Assembly: GCA_016794165.1 (NCBI GenBank)
Contig: JAEUKV010000043.1
Coordinates: forward strand, 26-64,025
Reading direction: 5' to 3'
Length of the DNA stretch: 64,000 nt
Source: Rhodospirillaceae bacterium
Lineage (GTDB): Bacteria; Pseudomonadota; Alphaproteobacteria; Dongiales; Dongiaceae
In this document: positions 10,207 through 19,558 of the stretch, in pieces
Layout of the letters: each line of letters opens with the position of its first letter
Numbering within the stretch: position 1 is the stretch's first letter
Translations under genes and position numbers: made by a program
Notes under the pieces: model-generated
Told to the model about the DNA's origin: nothing
Databases searched by the model: none
Seen by the model: only the letters and a program-made list of their open reading frames with translations

Positions 10207-11037
10207 TCAGGCCGCGCGGAGGCCCAGCAGGGCACGCGCCTCGGCGGGGCTGGCCGGGTGGCGGTCGTATTTCCCACAAAGGTCGGCGACGCGTTTCACC
10301 AGTTCGGCATTGCTGGCGGCGAGGCGCCCCTTCTCGAAATAGATGTTGTCCTCAAGCCCGGTGCGGACATGGCCGCCACGCTTCAGTGCCCAGTGGTTGG
10401 CTTCAAGCTGCATGCGACCGATCGCGGCCGCGGTCCAGGTGGCGCTGGGCATCATCTCGGTCAATTCCTCGAGCATGAAGTCGACGATCTTCTCGCGCGC
10501 CGGCAAGGCGCCCGGGATGCCGAGCACGAACTGGACATGGGCCGGCGCCTTGAGCAGGCCACGGTCGACCAGGACCTTGGCGTTGTAGAGCATGGCAAGG
10601 TCAAACAGTTCGCATTCCGCCTTCACATCATGGCGCAGCATGTCGCTGGCGAGATCGTCGATCAGCTGCGGCGGATTCTCATAGATGATGGTGGCGAAGT
10701 TAACCGAACCGGTGGCAAGCGAGCCCATGTCGGGCTTCAGCTTCAGGGCGGCACCCCGCTCCGACGCCTCGCGGCCCCGCCCGCCAGTCGAGAACTGGAT
10801 GATCATCCCGGGGCAATGCCGCGCGATCCCTTCCTGCACGATGCGGAACTTCTCGATGTCGGAAGATGATTTGTCCTGATCGTCGCGGACATGGATATGA
10901 ACCAGGCTGGCTCCGGCCTCAAAGGCCTGCTGCGTGCTTTCGATCTGTTCGCTGGGTTGGGTCGGCAGAGCCGGGTTTTGTGCCTTCGAAGGCTGACTGC
11001 CGGTGATGGCGACGGTAATGATGGCGGGCGTACTCAT
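10207..11037 (-). CDS. 3-keto-5-aminohexanoate cleavage enzyme family (BKACE/DUF849)
   Basis: IITVAITGS, GASLVHIHVRD, STGGRG, ECELFD, GGHVRTGLEDN. Confidence 0.9.
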   Translation of the reverse strand: MSTPAIITVAITGSQPSKAQNPALPTQPSEQIESTQQAFEAGASLVHIHVRDDQDKSSSDIEKFRIVQEGIARHCPGMIIQFSTGGRGREASERGAALKLKPDMGSLATGSVNFATIIYENPPQLIDDLASDMLRHDVKAECELFDLAMLYNAKVLVDRGLLKAPAHVQFVLGIPGALPAREKIVDFMLEELTEMMPSATWTAAAIGRMQLEANHWALKRGGHVRTGLEDNIYFEKGRLAASNAELVKRVADLCGKYDRHPASPAEARALLGLRAA

Positions 11038-11073
11038 GATGGTGTTCGAATCCGTTCGTTCAAGGTCCGGCGC

Positions 11074-11961
11074 TCAAAGGCGCCCCAGCCAGCGAGCCGC
11101 GAGCAGCCGCCAGATATCGAGCCCGGATGGCGCCAACGCCTCCGGTACAAAGGGATCGTAGCCGTGACGGCGCAATCGCTCAAGCTGCAGCATCGCCAGC
11201 CGTCCCGGCAACAGGGCGGCCATCGCGCCGGCGCGGATACCGCGCTGCAATGGGGTGCGCCGTGCCTGTTCGATCAGCGCGGCGGCGCGTTCGGTCACGG
11301 CGGCGACCGCCCGCGGCAAGTGCCGGTCCGGTTTCATCTTGCGGAGCGCCTCGCTGGACGACTGCGCCTCTGTCATGATGGACGCGGGCACCATCACCCG
11401 GCCGCACCGCGCAAGATAGGGCACCGCCCGCATCTGGCCGATCAGGCCATAGGCGGTGCCCACCTGGCGCGCAATCCGGCGCAGCTCCGGATCTGCGCCG
11501 GTCACGCAAAGACTGACGGCGACCTCGCAGAGCGACCCGGCCGTCGCCGCGACATGGGCCTCGAGTGCCGCGAGATCTTCGGGCTGCGCTGCATCGAGGT
11601 CCCGTTCCCTGGCGTCGAGAATCCGGCCGAGCGATGCGAGATCGAGATCGCGCCGGGCCGAGATGTCGGCCAGGTTCTGTACGAGAGGGTGCCGGTGGCT
11701 GCGCTCGGCCGCCATCCCGTTTCCCGCGATTTCGCCGAACGCGTCGCGCCACCATTGCAGCCGAATGAGACCGAGCATCGGTTCCGACACTTTTTCCGCG
11801 ATGCCGGCGACTTCGGCATTGAAGAGATAGAGCGCCGCCAGGTCGTCGCGCAGCGATGCAGGCGCTGCCAGGGCGCAGAGATAACGATCGCGATCGTCGC
11901 GCCGCAATGCCGCCAGAACCTCCGCGTTTCGGTCGGCCTCGTTCACGCCCGCAGGTTCCAC
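11074..11961 (-). CDS. Squalene/phytoene synthase family protein (NDUFAF6-like)
   Basis: D.DRYL..L.AP, LYLFNAEVA, EPMLGLIRLQWWRD; start estimated at GTG 11961. Confidence 0.85.
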   Translation of the reverse strand: MEPAGVNEADRNAEVLAALRRDDRDRYLCALAAPASLRDDLAALYLFNAEVAGIAEKVSEPMLGLIRLQWWRDAFGEIAGNGMAAERSHRHPLVQNLADISARRDLDLASLGRILDARERDLDAAQPEDLAALEAHVAATAGSLCEVAVSLCVTGADPELRRIARQVGTAYGLIGQMRAVPYLARCGRVMVPASIMTEAQSSSEALRKMKPDRHLPRAVAAVTERAAALIEQARRTPLQRGIRAGAMAALLPGRLAMLQLERLRRHGYDPFVPEALAPSGLDIWRLLAARWLGRL

Positions 11962-12071
11962 AGTATTCCCATAATTTTCCAAAGGATTAGGGGGAATCAG
12001 TTTCTTACCCGGACGCCATCCTATAGAATGCGGCCCATAGCCACACCGCTTTTGCTTTGGAGGGGTTAGCA

Positions 12072-12656
12072 ATGAGCAAAATTCTCGAAAACCTGCACCG
12101 GACACTGGCCGCCGGCATCGTGCTGACGGCCGTGCTCTTCCTGATCATCAATCTCGGCGATTTCGATCCGGGAACCTATTTCGCCTTCCTGTTCCGCTGG
12201 ATCCATGTCTGGTTCGGCATCCTGTGGATCGGCCTGCTCTACTACTTCAACTTCGTCCAGATCCCGTCGATGCCGAAGATCCCCGACGAGCACAAGCCGG
12301 CGATCGGCAAGGTGATCGCGCCCACCGCCCTGTTCTTCTTCCGCTGGGCGGCAGCCGGCACGGTCCTGTTCGGGCTCCTGACCGCGCTCCACCTTGGTTA
12401 TCTGGTGGAGGCCCTGACCTTCCAGTCCGGCAGCCGCACCATCGGTATCGGCATGTGGCTGGCGCTGATCATGGCGGCCAATGTGTGGTTCATCATCTGG
12501 CCGAATCAGAAAAAGGCCCTCGGCCTGGTGGAAGCGGATGCCGACACCAAGAAAGCGGCGGGGCGCGTTGCGATGCTGGCTTCGCGCACCAACACCATGC
12601 TGTCGCTGCCCATGCTCTATTGCATGGTGGCCCAGCAGCAGGGCTATACCGGATAA
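12072..12656 (+). CDS. Urate hydroxylase PuuD N-terminal-domain family membrane protein (no cytochrome c domain)
   Basis: RWIHVWFGILWIGLLYYFNFVQ, FFFRWAA, NVWFIIWPNQKK, SRTNTMLS; GGAGG RBS. Confidence 0.8.
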   Translation: MSKILENLHRTLAAGIVLTAVLFLIINLGDFDPGTYFAFLFRWIHVWFGILWIGLLYYFNFVQIPSMPKIPDEHKPAIGKVIAPTALFFFRWAAAGTVLFGLLTALHLGYLVEALTFQSGSRTIGIGMWLALIMAANVWFIIWPNQKKALGLVEADADTKKAAGRVAMLASRTNTMLSLPMLYCMVAQQQGYTG

Positions 12657-12680
12657 GATCGTTGCCATCAGCGTTGTGAC

Positions 12681-12710
12681 AACGGGGCCCTGCGGGGCCC
12701 CGTTTCATTT
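12681..12710 (+). terminator. Intrinsic terminator after puuD-like gene
   Basis: ACGGGGCCC-TGCG-GGGCCCCGT followed by TTCATTT. Confidence 0.65.
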
Positions 12711-12838
12711 CTGCCGCATTTCATCTCTGCCCAGTTTTCGTTTCTCCCACGGGGCCCATTGCGGAACCATCGCTCCCTGACCACGTTAGTTGGCTAGACT
12801 GCGAGGTCCGCCTCGCACGCCACACAAAAGGAGCTCTC

Positions 12839-13462
12839 ATGGCCAAGATTTCCCAACCACCCCTGCCCTATGCCATGGACGCACTGGCGCCGCACATCTC
12901 GAAAGAGACGCTGGAGTATCATTACGGCAAGCATCACAAATCCTATGTCGACAATCTGAACGAATTGATCGAGGGCACGGAATTCGCCGATATGGACCTC
13001 GAAGCGATCGTCGGGAAAGCCTCCGGTCCGATCTTCAACAACGCCGCTCAGGTGTGGAACCACACGTTCTATTGGCATTGCCTCACGCCAGAGGGCGGCG
13101 GGGCACCGGACGGCCAGCTGGCGGCGGCGATCGACCGGAACTGGGGTCCGATCGACACATTCAAGTCCGAGTTCACGAAGGCGGCTGCCGGCAATTTCGG
13201 CTCCGGCTGGACCTGGCTGGTGCAGAACCGCGATGGTGGACTGGAGATCGTCAACACCAGCAACGCGCAGACGCCGCTCACCAGCGATGCGAAGCCGCTG
13301 CTCACCTGTGACGTATGGGAGCACGCCTATTACATCGACTACCGCAACAAGCGGCCGGACTATCTGGCAGCATTCTGGGAGGTAGTGAACTGGCGCTTCG
13401 CCGCGAACAACCTCGCCGCCGGAGCAGCCGAGGAGTCACAGCGTGCTCGCAAGGCTGGCTGA
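12839..13462 (+). CDS. sodB: Fe-superoxide dismutase
   Basis: [20 protein letters not shown] (Fe-type Gln), [20 protein letters not shown]. Confidence 0.95.
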   Translation: MAKISQPPLPYAMDALAPHISKETLEYHYGKHHKSYVDNLNELIEGTEFADMDLEAIVGKASGPIFNNAAQVWNHTFYWHCLTPEGGGAPDGQLAAAIDRNWGPIDTFKSEFTKAAAGNFGSGWTWLVQNRDGGLEIVNTSNAQTPLTSDAKPLLTCDVWEHAYYIDYRNKRPDYLAAFWEVVNWRFAANNLAAGAAEESQRARKAG

Positions 13463-13465
13463 GCT

Positions 13466-13846
13466 CTAAACGGCGATCAAGGCCGCCGCCACACGGCGAC
13501 CTTCGGCCATCAGCACGTTGTAGGTTCTGGCGGCCGCACCGGTATCCATCGGCTCGATCACCACGCCGTCTGCGCGCAAACCGGCGCGGAGGTCGCGCGG
13601 CACCTGCTGCAGTCTCGCGCCGCATCCCAGCAGCAACAGATCGACCTCACCCGCCTGGCCCGAGGCGGCGATATGCAAGAGGCTCGCGAGGTTAAGCTCC
13701 GCCATGGTCGTGACCGGCCATGGCGTGGTTGCGGTCGGGAATACCAGGATCGAACCTTCGAACACGGCACCGGCGACACGGAAGCGGCCATCGCCGTAAC
13801 TTTCGATGATCTGTCGGCCGCTGGGGATCAGGGGTGTCACATCCAT
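13466..13846 (-). CDS. Mth938-like / DUF498 (NDUFAF3 homolog)
   Basis: IESYGDGRFRV, DLLLLGCG, EPMDTGAAARTYNVL..EGRRVAAAL. Confidence 0.9.
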   Translation of the reverse strand: MDVTPLIPSGRQIIESYGDGRFRVAGAVFEGSILVFPTATTPWPVTTMAELNLASLLHIAASGQAGEVDLLLLGCGARLQQVPRDLRAGLRADGVVIEPMDTGAAARTYNVLMAEGRRVAAALIAV

Positions 13847-13885
13847 GACGCCCTCCTTGCGTTGCCTGGGCGTGCTATCGCGCGA

Positions 13886-14824
13886 TCAGGCGCCGGCCGT
13901 GTCGGCTTCCTGCGCCTTGGCCTTGGCGCCGCGGCGCAGGTCGACATAGAGCAGCAGCGGCGTCGCCATGAACAGCGTCGAATAGGTGCCAATGACAATG
14001 CCCCAGATCAGCGCCACGGCAAAGCCGCGCATCGCCTCGCCGCCCCAGATCGCCAGCGCCAGCACGGAAAGCAGCGTGAGGCCGGAGGTCACGGTGGTGC
14101 GGCTGAGGGTGGAGTTCAGCGACTGGTTGAGCAGATCGCGGACCGGCATAGTCTTGAAACGCCGCAAATCGTAGCGAATGCGGTCGAACACGACGACGGT
14201 GTCGTTGACCGAATAGCCGGCGATGGTCAGGACGGCAGCCACCGTGGCGAGATTGAACTCCATCCCGGTGAGTGCAAAGAGCCCAATGGTCGTGACGCAG
14301 TCATGCACCAGGGCGATCAGGGCGTTGAGACCGAAGTTCCACTCATAGCGGAACCAGATGTAGGCCATGATCCCGCCCATCGCCAGAATGAAGGCGAAGA
14401 AGGCGCTTTCAATCAGTTCGCTGCCGACCTTGGGGCCGACCGATTCCGTGCGACGATACTGCCACGCCGAGCCGAGAGATTCCTGCACCTTGGCAACGGC
14501 CGCCTGGGTCGCGACTTCGCCACCTTCCTGCTGCGGCACACGGATCAGCACAACGTTGGGCGCCCCGAACTCCTGCAGGGCAACTTCGCCCAACTCGAGC
14601 GCATTGAGGCTGGAGCGCATGCTGGCAAGGTCCGCCACGGCGTCCGGGCTCTCGACTTCCATCACGATGCCGCCAGCGAAATCGATGCCGAAATTAAGCC
14701 CCTTGGTGAAGACAAGACCAATCGAGGCCAGCACCATCACGATCGACAGCGCGAAAGTAATCTTGTGATAGCGCAGAAAGTCGATGCGCGTATCGGGCGG
14801 GACCAGGTGCAATGGCTTCCACAT
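13886..14824 (-). CDS. secF: Protein translocase subunit SecF
   Basis: LNFGIDFAGG, SVGPKVGSEL, GYSVNDTVVVFDRIR, TLSRT. Confidence 0.96.
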   Translation of the reverse strand: MWKPLHLVPPDTRIDFLRYHKITFALSIVMVLASIGLVFTKGLNFGIDFAGGIVMEVESPDAVADLASMRSSLNALELGEVALQEFGAPNVVLIRVPQQEGGEVATQAAVAKVQESLGSAWQYRRTESVGPKVGSELIESAFFAFILAMGGIMAYIWFRYEWNFGLNALIALVHDCVTTIGLFALTGMEFNLATVAAVLTIAGYSVNDTVVVFDRIRYDLRRFKTMPVRDLLNQSLNSTLSRTTVTSGLTLLSVLALAIWGGEAMRGFAVALIWGIVIGTYSTLFMATPLLLYVDLRRGAKAKAQEADTAGA

Positions 14825-14837
14825 GCGGCGTCGACTC

Positions 14838-16397
14838 CTAGAGCGGCAGGACCTTGGGGCGCGCCTGGCGCAACCAGATCGAGGTGATGAGGCGGGTCAC
14901 CAGAACCGCCGTGAAGACCGAGGTGACGATACCGACCGACAGCGTCACCGCGAATCCCTTGATTGGTCCGGAACCGAAGCCAAACAGGAACAGGGTCGAG
15001 ATCAGCGTGGTGAGATTGCTGTCGATGATGGTCGTCTGGGCCTCGCGATAGCCGGCTTCCATGGCGTTGATCGGCGAGCGGCCGTTGCGCATCTCTTCGC
15101 GCACGCGCTCCAGGATCAGCACGTTCGCATCGACCGCCATGCCGAGCGTCAGCACAATGCCGGCGATGCCGGGCAACGTAAGCGTCGCCTCCAGCAGGGA
15201 CAGAATGCCAAGCAACAGCGCTGCGTTGAAGGCCAGGGCCAGATTGGCAACGATACCAAAGAAGCCGTAGAGCACGACCATCGCCACCACGATCATGACG
15301 ATGGCGATGATGAAGGCGTTCTTGCCGGCTTCGATCGAATCAGCACCGAGATCGGCACCCACGGTCCGTTCTTCGATCACGGTCAGGGGTGCCGGCAAGG
15401 CACCGGCGCGCAGCAGAAGGGCAAGATCCCGGGCCGATTCAACGGTGAAGTTGCCGCTGATGATGCCGCTGCCGCCGAGGATTGCATCGCGAATGACCGG
15501 CGCGCTGATGATCTTGTCGTCAAGAATGATGGCAAAGCGTTTGCCGACGTTGCGCGCTGTCGCGTCGCCGAACTTGCGCGCACCGATGTTGTCGAACCTG
15601 AACTGCACGACGGGCAGGCCCTGGTCGAAGCCTTGCTGGGCGTCGGTGAGGTTCTCGCCCGAAATGAGCACGCTCTTCTGGACCCACAGCATCTGGCCCG
15701 GCGCGCCGTCGCGCTCGATCACCGGCAATCGCACCGAGGTGGGCGGACCGGAACCCGTGCTTTCGGCGGTCTCGTCCACCATCTGGAAGGTCATCTTGGC
15801 GGTTTCGCCGATCAATCGCTTCAGGCTCTGGGGATCCTTCACCCCCGGCAACTGCACGACGATGCGGTCCTCGCCCTGGCGGATGATGGTCGGCTCCTTG
15901 GTGCCGGTCTCATCGATGCGGCGACGGATGATCTCGATCGACTGATCGACCGCATGGCGCTTGGCTTCCGCGATGGCAACATCCGAGAAGCTGAGAGAAA
16001 TCGCGCCGTCGGCGGAAATGTCGAGCTGCATGCTGCCAGCGATCGGCGCCAGGGCTTCGCGCGCGCGATCGGCGGCACCCGGATCGCTCAACTGCGCCAC
16101 CACCGACTCGCCGCGCAGGCCAAGGCCGGTATAGCCCAGCGTCGCTCCCCGCAGGGCGGCACGGGTCTCACCGACAACGCTCTCCAGCTTTTCGCGAATC
16201 AGCGCCGCGGTATCGACCTCATAGAGGAGATGCGAACCGCCCTGGAGATCGAGGCCGAGGCTGATGGTGCGGGCCGGCAACCAGGAAGGCAGCCGCTGCA
16301 ATTGTCCGTCGCTGAACAGGTTCGGGGCGGCGGCATAGAGGCCGATCAGCAGGGTGAGCAGGATCAGCGTGATCTTGAATTTCGAGAAGTGCAGCAT
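14838..16397 (-). CDS. secD: Protein translocase subunit SecD
   Basis: LGLDLQGGSHL, IIRRRIDETG, LLLRAGALPAPL, MAVDANVLI.ER..EE. Confidence 0.96.
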   Translation of the reverse strand: MLHFSKFKITLILLTLLIGLYAAAPNLFSDGQLQRLPSWLPARTISLGLDLQGGSHLLYEVDTAALIREKLESVVGETRAALRGATLGYTGLGLRGESVVAQLSDPGAADRAREALAPIAGSMQLDISADGAISLSFSDVAIAEAKRHAVDQSIEIIRRRIDETGTKEPTIIRQGEDRIVVQLPGVKDPQSLKRLIGETAKMTFQMVDETAESTGSGPPTSVRLPVIERDGAPGQMLWVQKSVLISGENLTDAQQGFDQGLPVVQFRFDNIGARKFGDATARNVGKRFAIILDDKIISAPVIRDAILGGSGIISGNFTVESARDLALLLRAGALPAPLTVIEERTVGADLGADSIEAGKNAFIIAIVMIVVAMVVLYGFFGIVANLALAFNAALLLGILSLLEATLTLPGIAGIVLTLGMAVDANVLILERVREEMRNGRSPINAMEAGYREAQTTIIDSNLTTLISTLFLFGFGSGPIKGFAVTLSVGIVTSVFTAVLVTRLITSIWLRQARPKVLPL

Positions 16398-16490
16398 GTC
16401 GCCTTGGATCCTTGGCGTGACGGGCGGGCTCGCCGGCGCTGGAACGATCGGGACCGGCCTGGTTGGGCGCGGTCCCGGTTATTCCCGCAC

Positions 16491-16883
16491 TCAGGCGTCG
16501 TTGGCGCCGCTCTTGCTCTCGACCGCCTTCGCCTTCTCATCGGCCTTGCCACCCTTGGCCGCAACGCCCGGGCGGTTCAGCACTTCGCTGACCGCGGTCC
16601 GCACCACGCGGACGCGGACATTGGCCGCAATCTCGACCTCGACGTCGTTCTCGCCCTCGACCGCCTTGGTCACGAGGCCAAGAATGCCGCCGCTGGTCAG
16701 CACCTTGTCGCCCTTCTTGAGCGCGGCCACCAGGGCGCGATGTTCCTTCATCCGCTTCTGCTGCGGGCGGATCATCAGGAACCAGAAAACGACGAAGATG
16801 AGGACCAGCGGCAGAAAGCTGGTCAACATATCGGCGCCGCCGGGGGCTCCCGCTGCCTGCGCATATGCTTCAGAAATGAACAT
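16491..16883 (-). CDS. yajC: Preprotein translocase subunit YajC
   Basis: FWFLMIRPQQKR, LKKGDKVLTSGGILG; upstream of secD. Confidence 0.95.
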   Translation of the reverse strand: MFISEAYAQAAGAPGGADMLTSFLPLVLIFVVFWFLMIRPQQKRMKEHRALVAALKKGDKVLTSGGILGLVTKAVEGENDVEVEIAANVRVRVVRTAVSEVLNRPGVAAKGGKADEKAKAVESKSGANDA

Positions 16884-17019
16884 CCGATTTCTCCCTGGAA
16901 TGAATCGACCGTCAGGGTCCGGCCATCAGCCCCAACCCTCCCGAAAGGCGGGACTATAACCATCGGGCCGGGAAAAGCAATCCGGCGCTTTCCTTTAAAT
17001 TACAGCCGGTTAATGGACT

Positions 17020-18339
17020 TCAGCCAGCAGCGCGGCGGCGCAGTTCCAGAAGCAGCGCCTGGGTCGCGAAGCCATCGGCGGGCAATCCCACCTGCAACTG
17101 GAAGCCGCGGATGGCCTTGCGCGTCTTCAAACCGATGACCCCGTCCACCGCGCCGTCGAGCAGGCCACGATCGACCAGGCGCTGCTGCAGTTCCTCGCGC
17201 TCGGCCAGAGCCAGCGGCGGTTCGTCGACCGGCCATTTCGCCTGCACCCCCTTCCCGCCCATCACCCGGTCGCCGAGATAGGCGACGGCCAGGGCGTAGG
17301 AGGTGGAGTAGTTGTATTTGAGGATCGCCCGGAAATTCCTGGTGACCAGGAAAGCAGGCCCCTTGTGTCCGGCGAGCACCAGAATTGACGTGCCACCCGG
17401 CAGGTTCGGCAGCGCCTGGCCGTCGATGCGGCGCACCCCGCGCTGCTGCCAATGGTCGATCGGGTGCTCGATATCAAGTTCCGCCTCCTGATAGGGGAAG
17501 CCGGCCGGCAGCTTCACCTCAAAGCCCCAGGGCAGGTCACGCTGCCAACCATCGCGCACCAGATGATTGGCGGTCGAGGCAAAGACATCGGGCATCGAGG
17601 TCCACAGATCGGGTGCGCCCGAGCCATCGCGGTCGACCGCGATGGTCAGGTAGTTCGAGGGCAGAAACTGGCTGTGGCCCATGGCGCCGGCCCAGGATCC
17701 GATCATCTGTCCCGGCGCGATCCGTCCGGCACTGGCGATCTTCAGCGCCGAGAGCAGTTCGGTGCAGGCGAAATCCTTGCGGCTGGTGCCGTAGCCGACA
17801 TTGGAGAGCGCCTCGAACACATTGACGTCGCCGAAATTGCCGCCGAAATCGGTCTCGATGCCCCAGATCCCCATTAGGATCGCTGCATTCGTCCCGAAAT
17901 CGCGCTCGATTTCCGCCAGCAGCGCCCGGTTCTGCGGCAATTGCGCCTGCCCCTTGGCAACGCGTTCGGCCGAAACGGCGCGGTCGAGATAGGTCCAGAC
18001 CGGAGTCACGAACTCGGCCTGTTTGCCGGCGCGATCGCGGATGGTCGGGTTTTCGGAGACGTGGGCGAAGGCCGTACGAATGACCTTCTCCGCCTGCCCC
18101 TGATGCAGCGCATAGGCGCCGAAGCGTGCTACCCATTCGTCGTAGCTGGCTGCTTCCTTGGGGCAACTGGTCTGGTCGATTTCGGTCATGTCCGGCACGC
18201 CGAGGCTGGTCATGACTGGCGCGGCGGGTGCCGGCTGTGCAGCAGGTGCTGGCGTGGCTGCCTGTGGCTGGGGTGCCGGCGCCGCGCAGCCACTGATGAG
18301 AAGGGCCACCAGCAAAGCCCCGCCACGTCGCGCCATCAT
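17020..18339 (-). CDS. Lytic murein transglycosylase (MltB/SLT_2) lipoprotein with C-terminal PG-binding domain
   Basis: ISGC lipobox, IWGIETDFG, GSWAGAMGHSQFLPS, VDGVIGLKTRKAIR.FQ. Confidence 0.9.
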   Translation of the reverse strand: MMARRGGALLVALLISGCAAPAPQPQAATPAPAAQPAPAAPVMTSLGVPDMTEIDQTSCPKEAASYDEWVARFGAYALHQGQAEKVIRTAFAHVSENPTIRDRAGKQAEFVTPVWTYLDRAVSAERVAKGQAQLPQNRALLAEIERDFGTNAAILMGIWGIETDFGGNFGDVNVFEALSNVGYGTSRKDFACTELLSALKIASAGRIAPGQMIGSWAGAMGHSQFLPSNYLTIAVDRDGSGAPDLWTSMPDVFASTANHLVRDGWQRDLPWGFEVKLPAGFPYQEAELDIEHPIDHWQQRGVRRIDGQALPNLPGGTSILVLAGHKGPAFLVTRNFRAILKYNYSTSYALAVAYLGDRVMGGKGVQAKWPVDEPPLALAEREELQQRLVDRGLLDGAVDGVIGLKTRKAIRGFQLQVGLPADGFATQALLLELRRRAAG

Positions 18340-18552
18340 CTTCCCGCCCCGATTTCTGCCCATCACGCACTTACCCTGACTTCGCCCGAATCAATTGCCC
18401 GCGAACGCGTGGAGGAGAATACGAGGCGATGGCCGGAATGTCACCGGGAAGCTCTGCGTCCGAAAAACCCCTGCCAAACAGCGGGATGGGTCCTAGGCGC
18501 GGGCTCCGCCGTGTGCCAGATTAGGCCAACATTAGATTGGGGTATCGCGATC

Positions 18553-19479
18553 ATGATGCCATCCTTAAAGGGTTTGAAGGCGGTCGAAGCCGCCTTGCGC
18601 CTCGGGAGTTTCGCCTCTGCCGCCGAGGAACTGAACGTCACGCAGACGGCGATCAGTCGCCTGGTCAAACTGGCGGAGGCGCAGCTCGGCCAGAAGCTGT
18701 TCGATCGCCAGGCCAACTCACTGCGCCCCACGCCAGCCGGCAGCAGCATCAAGCCCCTGCTGGAAGATGCGTTCCGTCGGCTCGAACTCGCTGTCGACAG
18801 CGTCCAGCGTGCCACGCCGCCGAGCCTATCGGTCGCCACCGGCCCGACCTTCGCCATGCGCTGGCTGATCCCGCGCCTGCACCTGTTCCAGCGCCAGCAC
18901 CCAGGCATCGAAGTGCGCCTGGTAACCGCCATTGAAGATACCGTGACCCTGAGGGCGGACTGGGCCGCCACGATCCGCCTGAGCTCGGCGCCTCTCCCCG
19001 GATTGATGGCCGAGCCGCTGTTCGGCGCGGCACTTTTCCCCGTGGCGGCACCAACCCTTGCCCAGTCCATCCAGCTGCAAGGCGACCTCCTCCACCACAC
19101 CCTGCTCGAGGTCGCACATGCACCGCAGGATTGGCCGCGCTGGCTGAGCCAGAGCGGTCTCGATCCAGCCCGTTTCCGGCGCCGGCTTTCCTTCGACTAT
19201 TCCGCCTATGCCATCCAAGCTGCGCTCGATGGCCTCGGCGTCGCGCTGGTCCGCGCGCCCTATGTCCAGGACGACCTCGATGCCGGCCGGCTGGTGCGCC
19301 TGTTCGATCTGGCGCTGGTCGATCCGGGCAAGGCCTGGCACCTGATCTACCGGCCGGAAACCCTTATGGATCGCCCTTTTGCCGCCTTTCGCGACTGGCT
19401 GTTGGCGGAAGTACCCGCCGCGCCGGACGCGGCCCCGCAGCAACCGAAGGCGCCGCCGGCTCTGGCGTCGGACGCATAA
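18553..19479 (+). CDS. LysR family regulator (GcvA/AmpR-like)
   Basis: PSLKGLKAVEAALRLGSFASAAEELNVTQTAISR HTH; FAMRWLIPRL. Confidence 0.92.
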   Translation: MMPSLKGLKAVEAALRLGSFASAAEELNVTQTAISRLVKLAEAQLGQKLFDRQANSLRPTPAGSSIKPLLEDAFRRLELAVDSVQRATPPSLSVATGPTFAMRWLIPRLHLFQRQHPGIEVRLVTAIEDTVTLRADWAATIRLSSAPLPGLMAEPLFGAALFPVAAPTLAQSIQLQGDLLHHTLLEVAHAPQDWPRWLSQSGLDPARFRRRLSFDYSAYAIQAALDGLGVALVRAPYVQDDLDAGRLVRLFDLALVDPGKAWHLIYRPETLMDRPFAAFRDWLLAEVPAAPDAAPQQPKAPPALASDA

Positions 19480-19558
19480 CAGCCATGATGGCGGTCAAGC
19501 TTGCGGGGGATAGCGGCGCCACTATGCTGCTCCGGCCAAATGGGGGAGCTCGGGTTTC

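Noticed and set aside
14784-17138. Long antisense ORFs (this 784-aa one; also 5337-7298, 7327-9090, 61398-63161, 29369-30775, 2404-3894)
   Set aside because: They shadow well-supported genes on the opposite strand; expected in high-GC DNA, with Arg/Gly/His-rich sequence and no family motifs
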